Shown here: positions 9,186-18,575 of the stretch, one piece after another | Numbering within the stretch: position 1 is the stretch's first letter | Layout of the letters: each line of letters starts with the position of its first letter | Origin: a virus | Lineage: Duplodnaviria > Caudoviricetes | Length of the DNA stretch: 31,981 nucleotides | Reading direction: 5' to 3' (one strand) | Virus record (IMG/VR): IMGVR_UViG_3300035396_000361 | Coordinates: 1-31,981 of that record | The notes under the pieces: model-generated | Database searches by the model: none | Seen by the model: only the letters and a program-made list of their open reading frames with translations | Told to the model about the DNA's origin: nothing | Made by a program: the position numbers and the translations under genes

Positions 9186-9733
9186 TTTTTTTTTAAATCT
9201 AAGTTCTTGTTAAATACTAAAACAGATGCTAATTGATGCATACTATAATAATCAACAATATCTTCAATGTTATTATTTAAATCAAATTCATAACCAGATA
9301 TTTTAAGATTTCTATAAACATAATTTAATGCATCTATACTTGATTTCAAATTCAAATTAAATAATTCTTTAACCTGATTTCTATCTGGTTTTGAAATAAT
9401 AAATTCTTTTCCATTAACAGAGATATTATATTTATTATCTTCAGCAACCAAATTCATTTCTTTAAAACCAAGGAACTTATTTGCTAACTCTTCAAAGTAA
9501 TATACTTTATCTTCAAATTCAAATTTATTATCTAATTGATTTAAACAATCATCAAATAATATTTCAAATGCGGCAGCTGTATCATCTGCTTTTAATTTAT
9601 CCAATACACTTTTATAAATCAGTTTATTTGGATAACGAAATTCTAATGCTTTATCACCTGAAAAGATAGTAATAACATTTCTTTTAAATTTTACTTCTTC
9701 GCCGTTTTCGACTGTAATAATTTTTTTGCTCAT
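9182..9733 (-). CDS. Tail assembly chaperone (gpG-like)
   Basis: Between tube and tape measure; ends LKKK* on an A10 run. Confidence 0.8.
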   Translation of the reverse strand: MSKKIITVENGEEVKFKRNVITIFSGDKALEFRYPNKLIYKSVLDKLKADDTAAAFEILFDDCLNQLDNKFEFEDKVYYFEELANKFLGFKEMNLVAEDNKYNISVNGKEFIISKPDRNQVKELFNLNLKSSIDALNYVYRNLKISGYEFDLNNNIEDIVDYYSMHQLASVLVFNKNLDLKKK

Positions 9734-9753
9734 TGTAGTAGTTTATTTTATTA

Positions 9754-9763
9754 TAGTTTACAA
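9754..9763 (-). promoter_or_regulatory. TTGTAAACTA putative late promoter element
   Basis: Exact motif 20 nt upstream of the chaperone ATG, directly after a terminator. Confidence 0.65.
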
Positions 9764-9799
9764 AAAATAAAAAGCCACACAGATTTTATCTATGTAGCT
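9762..9799 (-). terminator. Intrinsic terminator after the tail tube gene
   Basis: Minus strand AGCTACATAGAT-AAA-ATCTGTGTGGCT stem (G:U pairs) followed by TTTATTTTTT. Confidence 0.7.
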
Positions 9800-9825
9800 C
9801 ATTATATTGTTTTAGGATTAATTTA

Positions 9826-10317
9826 TTATACTATATTGCCAATATTGACTTTACCAATCAATAAAGCAACTTCACGAGTATAAAGAACATCATTAGTATT
9901 AACTCCGTTTGAATAACCTAAGAAGTGAACATATTCTAATGTATCAGTTTTAGTAGTATCATTCCAAGTTGTATAACTAACTGTAATAAACATTCCGTTT
10001 CCGTCTTGTCCTAAGTAAAGCATACTTGGAACTGGCAATGCACTTTCTAATGCAACTTTATTTAAGAAATCCAATCCAGCATCAGTTAAACTAAGTGAAC
10101 CTTCGCAAGTAATATTACCTACACCAAAATGGCTCGGTCTATTATGACTTCCTAAAGTAAAATCGAATTGTTTATCTTGATTTTGCGAATATGTAATTCC
10201 TTTAACATATTGAGTTATATCATATGTGCCAAATGAAACTGAACTTAATTCGATTATAGTATTAATTCTACTATAATTGTTTCCATTAATATTGAGACTA
10301 TCTACAAATTGTGGCAT
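9826..10317 (-). CDS. Tail tube protein
   Basis: INGNNYS...KGITYSQ...GVGNITCEGSLSL pattern of contractile-tail tube proteins; upstream of the chaperone. Confidence 0.8.
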   Translation of the reverse strand: MPQFVDSLNINGNNYSRINTIIELSSVSFGTYDITQYVKGITYSQNQDKQFDFTLGSHNRPSHFGVGNITCEGSLSLTDAGLDFLNKVALESALPVPSMLYLGQDGNGMFITVSYTTWNDTTKTDTLEYVHFLGYSNGVNTNDVLYTREVALLIGKVNIGNIV

Positions 10318-10322
10318 AACCT

Positions 10323-10856
10323 TTAATTTTTTAATTTATTTTTGTTTTTAATTTTTCTGGATTTTACAGATTCTAATGTATCTATATTAAATATCCAACC
10401 TTCAGTAGATTTTCTACTTCCATCTATTACAGAATTTAAAGATTTTCTATCTAAATTATAAGTATTAACCATATAATGCTTTGTTACATTTTCTTCTATT
10501 CTTCCATCTATATGGTAAAAAGTGTGTTGAGTTTTACAAAAATTTGGATGATTATCTCCAAATATTGATTTGCCTCCAGATAACATATTATAACCATTTG
10601 GAATTATGCTTTTATAACTATTGATAAAATACATTTCCATTTCATCAATTAATGATTTTTCTCCAGTCCATATAATACTCCACTCAAATTGTTCAATGCC
10701 ATATTTTCTAAGAGCTTTATGAAATACAAAATTACATTTTTTACCAAATGCATCATATATGTGTTGTGCTTTTCTTTGACTAAATTTACCAGTTTGACCT
10801 ATATAAACTTTGCCATTGACTTTATTCTCTACCTTATAAATATAACTTTTTGCCAT
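10323..10856 (-). CDS. Free-standing GIY-YIG homing endonuclease
   Basis: YIYKVENKVNGKVYIGQT...ALRKYG..F.W...E...GYNMLSGG. Confidence 0.9.
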   Translation of the reverse strand: MAKSYIYKVENKVNGKVYIGQTGKFSQRKAQHIYDAFGKKCNFVFHKALRKYGIEQFEWSIIWTGEKSLIDEMEMYFINSYKSIIPNGYNMLSGGKSIFGDNHPNFCKTQHTFYHIDGRIEENVTKHYMVNTYNLDRKSLNSVIDGSRKSTEGWIFNIDTLESVKSRKIKNKNKLKN

Positions 10857-10859
10857 AAT

Positions 10860-11264
10860 TTATATTGTTAAGTCTTCTAATTTAAGAGTACCAATTTCTA
10901 TACTTCCAACAGGATAACTATATTCAACAATTGATTCATATCCAGTTGCAGAAAAGTCTATCAATACAGTTGCCATTAAATCTCCAACTGGAAATCCAGT
11001 ACTCTGTTCTCTTGTTATATACACATTCACTTTATAGAAATCAAGTGGGTCAATTTCACAATGACCATAACCAGAAATTGGATATTCTACAGTTTCATCA
11101 AGATATTTTTTAACAATAGTACCTCTAACACTTAAACCAACTCTTAATTTAACAGATGGTAAAAGATTAACTTTCTGATTGTTATCATCTAATACTGTTA
11201 TTTCAAGTATTGCAGGTTCTCCTTGTTTCACACGCATATTCTTTAATTTTTTATTATTATCCAT
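10860..11264 (-). CDS. Putative virion structural protein (BppU-like N-terminus; start probably M at 11237)
   Basis: MRVKQGEPAILEITVLD beta-rich pattern; lies between sheath and tube. Confidence 0.5.
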   Translation of the reverse strand: MDNNKKLKNMRVKQGEPAILEITVLDDNNQKVNLLPSVKLRVGLSVRGTIVKKYLDETVEYPISGYGHCEIDPLDFYKVNVYITREQSTGFPVGDLMATVLIDFSATGYESIVEYSYPVGSIEIGTLKLEDLTI

Positions 11265-11782
11265 CCTTTATAGGATTTACTTTTACTGGTTTCTTTATTG
11301 CAAAATATATTATTCATATTATCACTAAATCCAAATGTCTTTTTAAATTGGTGTCGAGTTCCTATGAATGTAATATTGGTATTTTTATTATACAGCGTAT
11401 ATGTATTATTGTCCAATCTCGGATGACCATATTTTAATATAGTTTTTTTAAATGATTCACTTGATTTTTTATTAATCTCGTCAGTCCTTAAATAAGTGGA
11501 ACCTCCACTTGTACTGTTATAACCATTATTGAAACTATCATAATAATCTATCCAATATGTCTCTCTTTCATCTATAATAGCATTGTCAATATTATCTTCC
11601 AATACTTTCCATTCCCAATCTTGTTTGCTATATTTTCTCAAAGCATTCATAAAATGATATGTTTTAGATTTATCTTTAGATTTGCAGTAATGCTTACTGA
11701 TTCTATCAGATAATGTCTGCTTTGTTTGTCCTATATAAACCTTATTAGTTATTTTATTAATCGCTATATAGATTATGCTCAT
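11243..11782 (-). CDS. Free-standing GIY-YIG homing endonuclease
   Basis: IIYIAINKITNKVYIGQT...RETYWIDYYDSFNNGYNSTSGG. Confidence 0.9.
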   Translation of the reverse strand: MSIIYIAINKITNKVYIGQTKQTLSDRISKHYCKSKDKSKTYHFMNALRKYSKQDWEWKVLEDNIDNAIIDERETYWIDYYDSFNNGYNSTSGGSTYLRTDEINKKSSESFKKTILKYGHPRLDNNTYTLYNKNTNITFIGTRHQFKKTFGFSDNMNNIFCNKETSKSKSYKGWIIIKN

Positions 11783-11795
11783 TGGTATATATTAT

Positions 11796-12959
11796 TTATA
11801 GAGATTGTGTAAAATTAATATTGATAGTAATATTGTCAGCACTTTCTACTGGAACTATACTAACATTCAACTCTACAACTTTAGTACTCAATACATTTTT
11901 AGATGGGTCAATATAAATAGAATAATCGCTTATTTCTAAATTATCTTTCATAGCCTGCAATGCTGAAGCAGCTGCAGATTCAAATACTTTAATACTTGAT
12001 TGTCGCATTGTTCCGTTTGCATTAAATAATACAGAACTACCAATCAAAGGGGTTAATGCAGAATCTAATTCTCTAACAGCTTTATTTCTAACTCGTACAA
12101 TATGAATACTATTGAAAGTATCCGTTATTTTAGCACAGTTATTATCATTTGAAAGATAAGTACCTGCAAAGTTAGGCATAAATCTCCAGAAAATATATCC
12201 TTTATCATTTAAAGAATCCAAGTCAGCTTCTGTAATGTCAGATATTAAAACTACTTCATCAGGAGTTGTATCAACTTGCAAAATCAATGCAGGATTCAAC
12301 ATTTTAGTTCCATCAGTATAATTATATTTACCAACATAAAGAATGTTTTCACTTACTTTAGCTTGAGCAAGAGTTCCAACTACAATACCTAAATTAGAAA
12401 GTAACAATGCTTCGTCTGCATCAGCACCGATAACATAACTTACGTTTTTAAGTTGAGCAGCAAGATTTCTTAAATCTTCTAAATCTGCAAAAGCAATAGA
12501 ACCTGTATTTGCTGTAAATACACCTACAGCGGGTTTCTTAACTGATTCAAAACCAGCAATTTTAGTATTAAAAGATGCTAAATCTACTTTATCAAATTCT
12601 TTATCCAGATAGGTAGCATATATTTTAATTTCACCAAGTGAAGTTAATCTCATTGAATCAAGTTCAGCAAAATCATAAGATACAGGAACATCAAATATAC
12701 CAATCCAAACGTTTACTCCACCTGCTCTGAAAAATTCAGAAAGGAAATAATATTCATTTTTAAAATTGGTAGAAGTTGAAGTAATTCCTACTGCTTCGAT
12801 AGCTGCTAAATTCGTAAATTTAACAATTCTATTGGTTACGCTAAAAGTAGTCAAGTCAGTAATATTATCATTATAGAAACAGAACCCCGATATTCCATCT
12901 GTATTTAAAGACGGTCTATTGATTGAGCCTGTAACATTAATTGTAACTTTTGGTAACAT
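11796..12959 (-). CDS. Tail sheath protein (DUF2586-like)
   Basis: MLPKVTIN, LDSLNDKGYIF...GTYLSND...IHIVRVRNKAVR and VELNVSIVPV...ITININF motifs. Confidence 0.85.
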   Translation of the reverse strand: MLPKVTINVTGSINRPSLNTDGISGFCFYNDNITDLTTFSVTNRIVKFTNLAAIEAVGITSTSTNFKNEYYFLSEFFRAGGVNVWIGIFDVPVSYDFAELDSMRLTSLGEIKIYATYLDKEFDKVDLASFNTKIAGFESVKKPAVGVFTANTGSIAFADLEDLRNLAAQLKNVSYVIGADADEALLLSNLGIVVGTLAQAKVSENILYVGKYNYTDGTKMLNPALILQVDTTPDEVVLISDITEADLDSLNDKGYIFWRFMPNFAGTYLSNDNNCAKITDTFNSIHIVRVRNKAVRELDSALTPLIGSSVLFNANGTMRQSSIKVFESAAASALQAMKDNLEISDYSIYIDPSKNVLSTKVVELNVSIVPVESADNITININFTQSL

Positions 12960-12989
12960 ATTTGTTTTTATTTTTTAAGTTTAAATGTA

Positions 12990-13017
12990 GCAAAAGGAAT
13001 ATCTCTATTCCCTTTGC
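12990..13017 (-). terminator. Stem-loop after the major capsid gene (terminator or attenuator)
   Basis: Minus strand GCAAAGGGAATA-GAGA-TATTCCTTTTGC. Confidence 0.6.
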
Positions 13018-13033
13018 ATTAAAATAGAAACTA

Positions 13034-13996
13034 CTACTTAGCTTCAACTATAGCGTAAACGCCTTTAATAGTGTCAACACCAGTTGTAGCATTTAAATCT
13101 ACAGCTTTATAAAGCGGTGAACCACCAACTCTTGTGTGACCTTGTAAAATATCAGAATAGTAACCAGGTGCGTAAGGAAGAACTCCCATTTGGATTCCAC
13201 CATTTTCCATTGTACCGTAAGCATAAGATACATAATCTCCTGCGAATAAAAGAGCAGCACTAAAAGCAGTAGCAGCGTGGTTATCAGTATAATCAACAGA
13301 TTCTTTAACGAATTGTGATATATAAGGAAGACCTAATGCTCTAACGATAACTTTCAAACCAGCAACTTCACCAACCAAACCTTTGATAGCAGCGGTATCG
13401 CCAACTATTGTAGATTTACCAATGAATTCAGTCATTGCAACGATGTCATTATACATAACAGCATCAACAACGATGAACAATTTATCCAAATTAACGTTTT
13501 TAGTGTTGCGGATAAGTTTAGCTTTTGCAGTTAAAATATCTTGGAAAGTCAATTTTTTGATTGAAGTGTTTCCATAAATGTTTGAACGAGTTGCAGTACC
13601 AGTCGTCAAACCACAGTTTTCAGCAGTTTCTGGAGCCCACATATCTGCAATTTCGATTGAAATAGCTTGTTTCAAAAAATCAACAGCGTCTTTCATCAAA
13701 GCAGAACGAGTGTCAAAACTTGCTTCCGATGCATCAATGTTAGTTACAAAGGTCGGAGGAGTAGCAATCATTGCGATGCTATAAGTTAAATCATCAAATG
13801 TTTGTCTTACAGTTGCAACAGGCAACGAAGTTGAGTTTGTGATTTTGGTAGGGGTTGCAGATGCAATAGCATTAGGAACGTGAACAACTGAGTTCAATAC
13901 ATATTCACTATGATTTTTACCTACAGAATACCATTCTTGTACGTCATAAAGGTTTGCTTGAAAATCCTTTATCCAAATTTCTTTATTAATAGCCAT
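13034..13996 (-). CDS. Major capsid protein
   Basis: MAINKEIW..., directly after the protease gene, GLVGEVAGLKV motif, followed by a hairpin. Confidence 0.85.
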   Translation of the reverse strand: MAINKEIWIKDFQANLYDVQEWYSVGKNHSEYVLNSVVHVPNAIASATPTKITNSTSLPVATVRQTFDDLTYSIAMIATPPTFVTNIDASEASFDTRSALMKDAVDFLKQAISIEIADMWAPETAENCGLTTGTATRSNIYGNTSIKKLTFQDILTAKAKLIRNTKNVNLDKLFIVVDAVMYNDIVAMTEFIGKSTIVGDTAAIKGLVGEVAGLKVIVRALGLPYISQFVKESVDYTDNHAATAFSAALLFAGDYVSYAYGTMENGGIQMGVLPYAPGYYSDILQGHTRVGGSPLYKAVDLNATTGVDTIKGVYAIVEAK

Positions 13997-14010
13997 TTTG
14001 TTTTTATTTA

Positions 14011-15039
14011 TTATTTATTTTTAATTGTTTGGTTTTCTAATTGTTTATATAAAGATGGATTTGTTTTTGCTAATTTCTTTAATCCTTCTTTATCATTTTT
14101 TAAGTACCAATCGTATGTTTTATTATCTCCAACAATGCCCTTCGATAACTCACTCGAAAGTGATACGTTTTTAGTAGGGATTGCTGATAAAATATCATTC
14201 AACTGTACTAAGTCTAAGTTTACAAACTTTTCAAAAGCATCATTACTAACTTTGCCAAGTTTAATTGCCTCATTAATAAGATTTTCTTTTTTAAGATTGT
14301 TTTCAGTTTCAATAGTCAATTTAAGAGAGATTATCTCTTTGCTTTGCTCAGATACCATAGCTTCTTTTTCAACAAGTAATGATTTTAAAGAATCTATAAT
14401 TGTTTGCAAATTTGCAATAGTTTCATTGATAACAACAGAATTATCTTCTTGTGTTTCAACTTTTTCTGGAACTTCTACTTCTTCAGGAGTTTCAATTTCT
14501 TCTTCTTTAATAGGTTCTTCCATTGCCAATTCTTTAACTTCTTCTGGCGAACATCCTAATTCTAATTTATCCATTTTTAGTTTTTCTTTTAATTCTATAA
14601 TATTAAGTTTTCCATCAATACCGAATGTAATTAATTCAGAATGTTTGGATTTAATAGTTTTAGCTTTTGGATTCGCTGGAACAGCTACAATACTTGCTTC
14701 TAATAATTTAGATTTAGATATTACAACAACATCTTGTTCTTCATTATAATAAGCATCTAATATTTCTAATCCAACGCTTGCAGTTTTTAAACTGCCTTTG
14801 GTATATTTAGCACCAATTACGGCACTTAAATTATCTTCATCAAAATTAGGCATTGCAATAACATCAGTTTCAGTCATTTCAATTTGTTCCCAATTTCCAA
14901 TAGGTTTATCGTATTCGTGATTGAATAGCATAACTGGATTTTCAATAAAATCTGTTAAGTCAATTCCTTTCGTATCTACTTGCAATAAAATACCATCTTT
15001 GGTAAATGAATTATTGCTGGTTAATATAATTTTATCCAT
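14011..15039 (-). CDS. Prohead protease (HK97/Mu gpI-like) fused to a scaffolding domain
   Basis: NPVMLFNH...PIG.W, ASVG and LLEASIVAVPANP motifs; acidic, coiled-coil C-terminal half. Confidence 0.9.
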   Translation of the reverse strand: MDKIILTSNNSFTKDGILLQVDTKGIDLTDFIENPVMLFNHEYDKPIGNWEQIEMTETDVIAMPNFDEDNLSAVIGAKYTKGSLKTASVGLEILDAYYNEEQDVVVISKSKLLEASIVAVPANPKAKTIKSKHSELITFGIDGKLNIIELKEKLKMDKLELGCSPEEVKELAMEEPIKEEEIETPEEVEVPEKVETQEDNSVVINETIANLQTIIDSLKSLLVEKEAMVSEQSKEIISLKLTIETENNLKKENLINEAIKLGKVSNDAFEKFVNLDLVQLNDILSAIPTKNVSLSSELSKGIVGDNKTYDWYLKNDKEGLKKLAKTNPSLYKQLENQTIKNK

Positions 15040-15044
15040 AGTTT

Positions 15045-15054
15045 TAGTTTACAA
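15045..15054 (-). promoter_or_regulatory. TTGTAAACTA putative late promoter element
   Basis: Exact motif 5 nt upstream of the protease ATG. Confidence 0.65.
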
Positions 15055-15057
15055 TAT

Positions 15058-15984
15058 TTATTTTCGGAATGCTATTTCTGCATAAATATCAACAGTATCG
15101 CTAATATTAGATAATGCATATAATATTACTTGACCAGATGTATTTACTAAAATAGTATGATGTGTTTTTAGATTATCATCTACTACAGGTTGAAATGAAA
15201 CGTAAGATGGTCTATATCCAACTGGTAAAGTAGTAACAGAGTAAGACCCTGCTGATAAAGTTCCACCAGATACATTTCTAAATTTTCCACTTAAAAACAA
15301 GTTTCCAAATCCATCTTTTGAATAACTTAAATCTCTATATCCTGTTCCTGGAACTGCTGCAAAATTTGCATTATATGTAGTTGCTCCAGAATCATTACCT
15401 ACAATAAACCAAGGCTTATTCTCAATAATATCGTTAATATCACTTATATCTGAATCTATAATATCAGTTCTATTTTTTAATTTTAAAGAAGTGATAAATT
15501 TATAATCATCTGTACCTTCAGTAACATCTGTATCAGTAGCTTTATCAAATGCTAATCCTATAGTTGCAGGAACGTTTGTCCCCCAAGTTGTAGCACTTGT
15601 TGTTAAGACTGCTTTATTATCTCTTAATACATTATGTGAAAATGAATCTAAGAATGTTCTTGAATCAGAATCAATAACAACTAAGTCAAAATATCTCGTA
15701 GTTAATATATCATTTAAAGTTGTTCCAGATGCTAATGCTTGATTAGTAACTTGGTCAACAGCATAAATATCATAATTATAATAGATTGCTCCAAATGATA
15801 TATTTAATAATGGAGCAATTCCGCCTGAATCAGTAACAGATATATTTACACCAAATAGTCTAAAAGGACCATTACCAAATGAATTGGCTAATGATGCTGT
15901 CATATCTTTTACATTTTGTTGAAGATATTCTAAGTCGTTTAATCGTAGAGGTTGTCCACCTGAATTAAATAAAAGTTCTTTCAT
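15058..15984 (-). CDS. Tail fibre / baseplate-attached fibre protein
   Basis: GGQPLRLNDLEYLQ N-terminus, ATDTDVTEGTDDYKFITSLKLK fibre repeat, C-terminal TLPVGYRPS domain. Confidence 0.75.
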   Translation of the reverse strand: MKELLFNSGGQPLRLNDLEYLQQNVKDMTASLANSFGNGPFRLFGVNISVTDSGGIAPLLNISFGAIYYNYDIYAVDQVTNQALASGTTLNDILTTRYFDLVVIDSDSRTFLDSFSHNVLRDNKAVLTTSATTWGTNVPATIGLAFDKATDTDVTEGTDDYKFITSLKLKNRTDIIDSDISDINDIIENKPWFIVGNDSGATTYNANFAAVPGTGYRDLSYSKDGFGNLFLSGKFRNVSGGTLSAGSYSVTTLPVGYRPSYVSFQPVVDDNLKTHHTILVNTSGQVILYALSNISDTVDIYAEIAFRK

Positions 15985-15999
15985 TAAATATATTTTTAT

Positions 16000-16485
16000 T
16001 TAGTAATAGTTTACAATATAGTTTTTTCCTGCTAATAGATATAGCTTTACAAGACTATTCAATTTATTGTTAAAATCTGAATCTGACTGATGCGAAATAG
16101 GAACATTAATGATAAAATCATATTGGTCTAATTCATATTCAGAGTTAAATCTAATATAAGTATCAGCTTCTGGTGTTAAAAACAAATATGTTTCTGTTGC
16201 AGTTACATCTCCATTAAAATAAAGATATATTTCATCATACCAAAGTCCATCGGTTAAATAAATATCATCATTTGGAATTAATAATGTGTTTAATAAATGT
16301 TCTAAACTAAGCACTTGATAATTATGTGATGCTAAAAATTTAGAATAATCAAAATCATTTATAAATTCATCCTGTCTGCTTTCTAATGCTTTGACTGTTA
16401 GGTATAACCAATCAATACGTCTTTCTTGTCTTCGTAAAGTATCTGGTATTTTTTCTGCAATAAGTCTATAATCTACTATTATCAT
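16000..16485 (-). CDS. Baseplate wedge protein (P2 gpI-like)
   Basis: QVLSLEHLLN...DFIINVP...YLLAGKNY motif; follows the gpJ-like gene. Confidence 0.65.
   Translation of the reverse strand: MIIVDYRLIAEKIPDTLRRQERRIDWLYLTVKALESRQDEFINDFDYSKFLASHNYQVLSLEHLLNTLLIPNDDIYLTDGLWYDEIYLYFNGDVTATETYLFLTPEADTYIRFNSEYELDQYDFIINVPISHQSDSDFNNKLNSLVKLYLLAGKNYIVNYY
16007..16016 (-). promoter_or_regulatory. TTGTAAACTA putative late promoter element
   Basis: Exact motif in the last codons of 16000..16485, 22 nt upstream of the ATG at 15984. Confidence 0.55.
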
Positions 16486-16493
16486 TTGCTATA

Positions 16494-17345
16494 TTATTTT
16501 GCTTGATAAGTTATAGTTACTGATAAAGGATAACTTGGATTAATTGCCATATATCCTGCGTAACTTAAATATTCGTGAACAAATGCAGTTACATTTCCAA
16601 GTTCATCAATTGCAGATGCCGAATCAAATTGTGGGTCAACTACTCCCGCAATATCTTGTAAATTGTCAACCAATTTGTTTGTATTAAATTTACTATCAAA
16701 TTCTATATTAGATATATAAGAATTAATAGCTGTTTCAACTGCAGATTGAATTACGGTTAATGTATAAATACCATTGTAAACGATATTCATATTTAGTGTT
16801 AATAAATCAGCTGCAAAATTCTGTACTAATGTTTGAGTTCCCGCACATTTAATTTTTAAAAGATAAGATTCAAATGCTGTTCTTTCATCATTAGATAATA
16901 TATCAGTATCTTTTCTTCTTACTTTTAAAACGAGTTTATTGCTGCCTTCTAATATAGTGCAACTCGATATGATTTGTTTAGTTGTATCAATAGTTGCATA
17001 ACTTACATTATATGTAACTGGGTCAATTATTAAAACATCATCATATTGAAATTCTTTAGCTTTCATTATATACCAAGATGCTGTAGGAATCTTTTCAGAT
17101 GCAATAATATTTTCTATTTCAGTAATAGCAGATAATGATGCAACATCTGTTAAATTAGTTGCAACTGCATAGTTATATAAATGTAATATCCATTCGGCAA
17201 CCTTTCCATTCTCCAATGCAGTTATCAAACTATTTTCATCTGTGATACCACCTGACACTAATCCATTTAAAGACGATAATGTTTGCTTTTCGAGCAATAG
17301 TTCTTGAAATATTTGGTCTATGGTTCTTATTGTGAAATTCGACAT
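16494..17345 (-). CDS. Baseplate wedge protein (gpJ-like)
   Basis: RTIDQI, WYIMKAKEFQY, AFESYLLKIKCAGT and LVDNLQDIAGV motifs. Confidence 0.75.
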   Translation of the reverse strand: MSNFTIRTIDQIFQELLLEKQTLSSLNGLVSGGITDENSLITALENGKVAEWILHLYNYAVATNLTDVASLSAITEIENIIASEKIPTASWYIMKAKEFQYDDVLIIDPVTYNVSYATIDTTKQIISSCTILEGSNKLVLKVRRKDTDILSNDERTAFESYLLKIKCAGTQTLVQNFAADLLTLNMNIVYNGIYTLTVIQSAVETAINSYISNIEFDSKFNTNKLVDNLQDIAGVVDPQFDSASAIDELGNVTAFVHEYLSYAGYMAINPSYPLSVTITYQAK

Positions 17346-17346
17346 A

Positions 17347-17874
17347 TTAATTATTATTTATTATTTTCCAACCATTAGATTGGGTTCGTTTATGTTTTCC
17401 AAATAAATGAGATATTGTACTTTTTGATATATTATATAACTCTTGTAACTCAATTCTCTTACATTTTACAACACTATAATCGTTATGATAAAATGTATAA
17501 ATAGTATGGTCTGCACAATTGCCGTTTAGTTTTATATATTTGCCTTTAAGCGTATTTGATATTTTAATTCTTGTTTGAGCAGATTGTGAGTTTCCTCCCT
17601 CAGATGTATTATATCCATTTATTCCACAAGTTTTATAATATTTAATCCAGTAAATTTCTTGTGCATTTAAATCTTGTTCAGGGCATTCACAGATTATTTC
17701 CCATTTAAAACTATCTACTCCATATTTTCTAATTGCTTTATGAAAATACTGAGCATCTTGTTTAGTTTTAGCACTTGATAAATGTTCCGCTTTTCTTTTA
17801 TCTAATGAGCTAATTGTTTGTCCAATATACGATTTATTATTTGCTTTATTTATAGCTTGATATATTATTGCCAT
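17347..17874 (-). CDS. Free-standing GIY-YIG homing endonuclease
   Basis: IIYQAINKANNKSYIGQT...AIRKYG..FKW...EIYWIKYY...GYNTSEGG. Confidence 0.9.
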   Translation of the reverse strand: MAIIYQAINKANNKSYIGQTISSLDKRKAEHLSSAKTKQDAQYFHKAIRKYGVDSFKWEIICECPEQDLNAQEIYWIKYYKTCGINGYNTSEGGNSQSAQTRIKISNTLKGKYIKLNGNCADHTIYTFYHNDYSVVKCKRIELQELYNISKSTISHLFGKHKRTQSNGWKIINNN

Positions 17875-17891
17875 TAATATTTTTTTAATTT

Positions 17892-18185
17892 TTAAATAAA
17901 GAAATCATTAGAATAATCATTTGAGAAATCTCCTAAGACTATATCAGTTGATATTCTATCAGTTGCCACAATTTTATTAAGTTTATTATATTGAGATAAT
18001 ACAAAATTATTATCTACAGTAATAGAAAACTTAGTTCCAGTTTGAGTACTGAAATTATCAATAACAGATATTGAATTCTGATTTAGAAAATCAGAAAGAT
18101 ATTCTAAATTACCATAATTAGATAATACAAAATCAAAAATGTTTTGATTAAACTGCTTAATATTTCTTTTAACTGGAGTAGTCAT
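17892..18185 (-). CDS. Small baseplate protein (P2 gpX / LysM-like)
   Basis: QNIFDFVLSNYGNLE...N pattern; C-terminal GDFSNDYSNDF. Confidence 0.55.
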   Translation of the reverse strand: MTTPVKRNIKQFNQNIFDFVLSNYGNLEYLSDFLNQNSISVIDNFSTQTGTKFSITVDNNFVLSQYNKLNKIVATDRISTDIVLGDFSNDYSNDFFI

Positions 18186-18190
18186 AGCAA

Positions 18191-18200
18191 TAGTTTACAA
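18191..18200 (-). promoter_or_regulatory. TTGTAAACTA putative late promoter element
   Basis: Exact motif 5 nt upstream of the ATG at 18185. Confidence 0.65.
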
Positions 18201-18201
18201 T

Positions 18202-18561
18202 TTATTTTAACTTGTTCTCTATAACCAGCATTAACTTAATTGCCGTTTGGTTTAAAGCTGCGAATGCATCAGTATTTTTAGATATAATCTGTAATAAAGA
18301 TTGCTCAGATGTCTTAAAATGGTCAAGATAATTATTATAAATGTCGTCTCTATCTCTTTCCGATTCATCAAGTTTCTTTATCATCACTTCCATTTGTTGT
18401 TTATGTTGCTCTGTTTGGGCCTTCTGCGAATCTATCATTTGTTTATATATAAATGCAATAGCACCCATAAATACAAGACTGAATATCCCTAAGATAGATT
18501 TATCAAGTATTGACTGACCTGGAATAGCCTGTACAACTTCTAACACTGTGAATAAAAGCAT
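18202..18561 (-). CDS. Putative holin-like protein (one TM plus coiled coil)
   Basis: TM segment ILGIFSLVFMGAIAFIY followed by a long helical tail; downstream of the fibre genes. Confidence 0.5.
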   Translation of the reverse strand: MLLFTVLEVVQAIPGQSILDKSILGIFSLVFMGAIAFIYKQMIDSQKAQTEQHKQQMEVMIKKLDESERDRDDIYNNYLDHFKTSEQSLLQIISKNTDAFAALNQTAIKLMLVIENKLK

Positions 18562-18575
18562 AGTTAATTATTTTT

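Noticed and set aside
13910-14749. 279-aa plus-strand ORF
   Set aside because: Antisense to protease/scaffold; Ser/Phe/Ile-rich mirror of Glu/Lys codons
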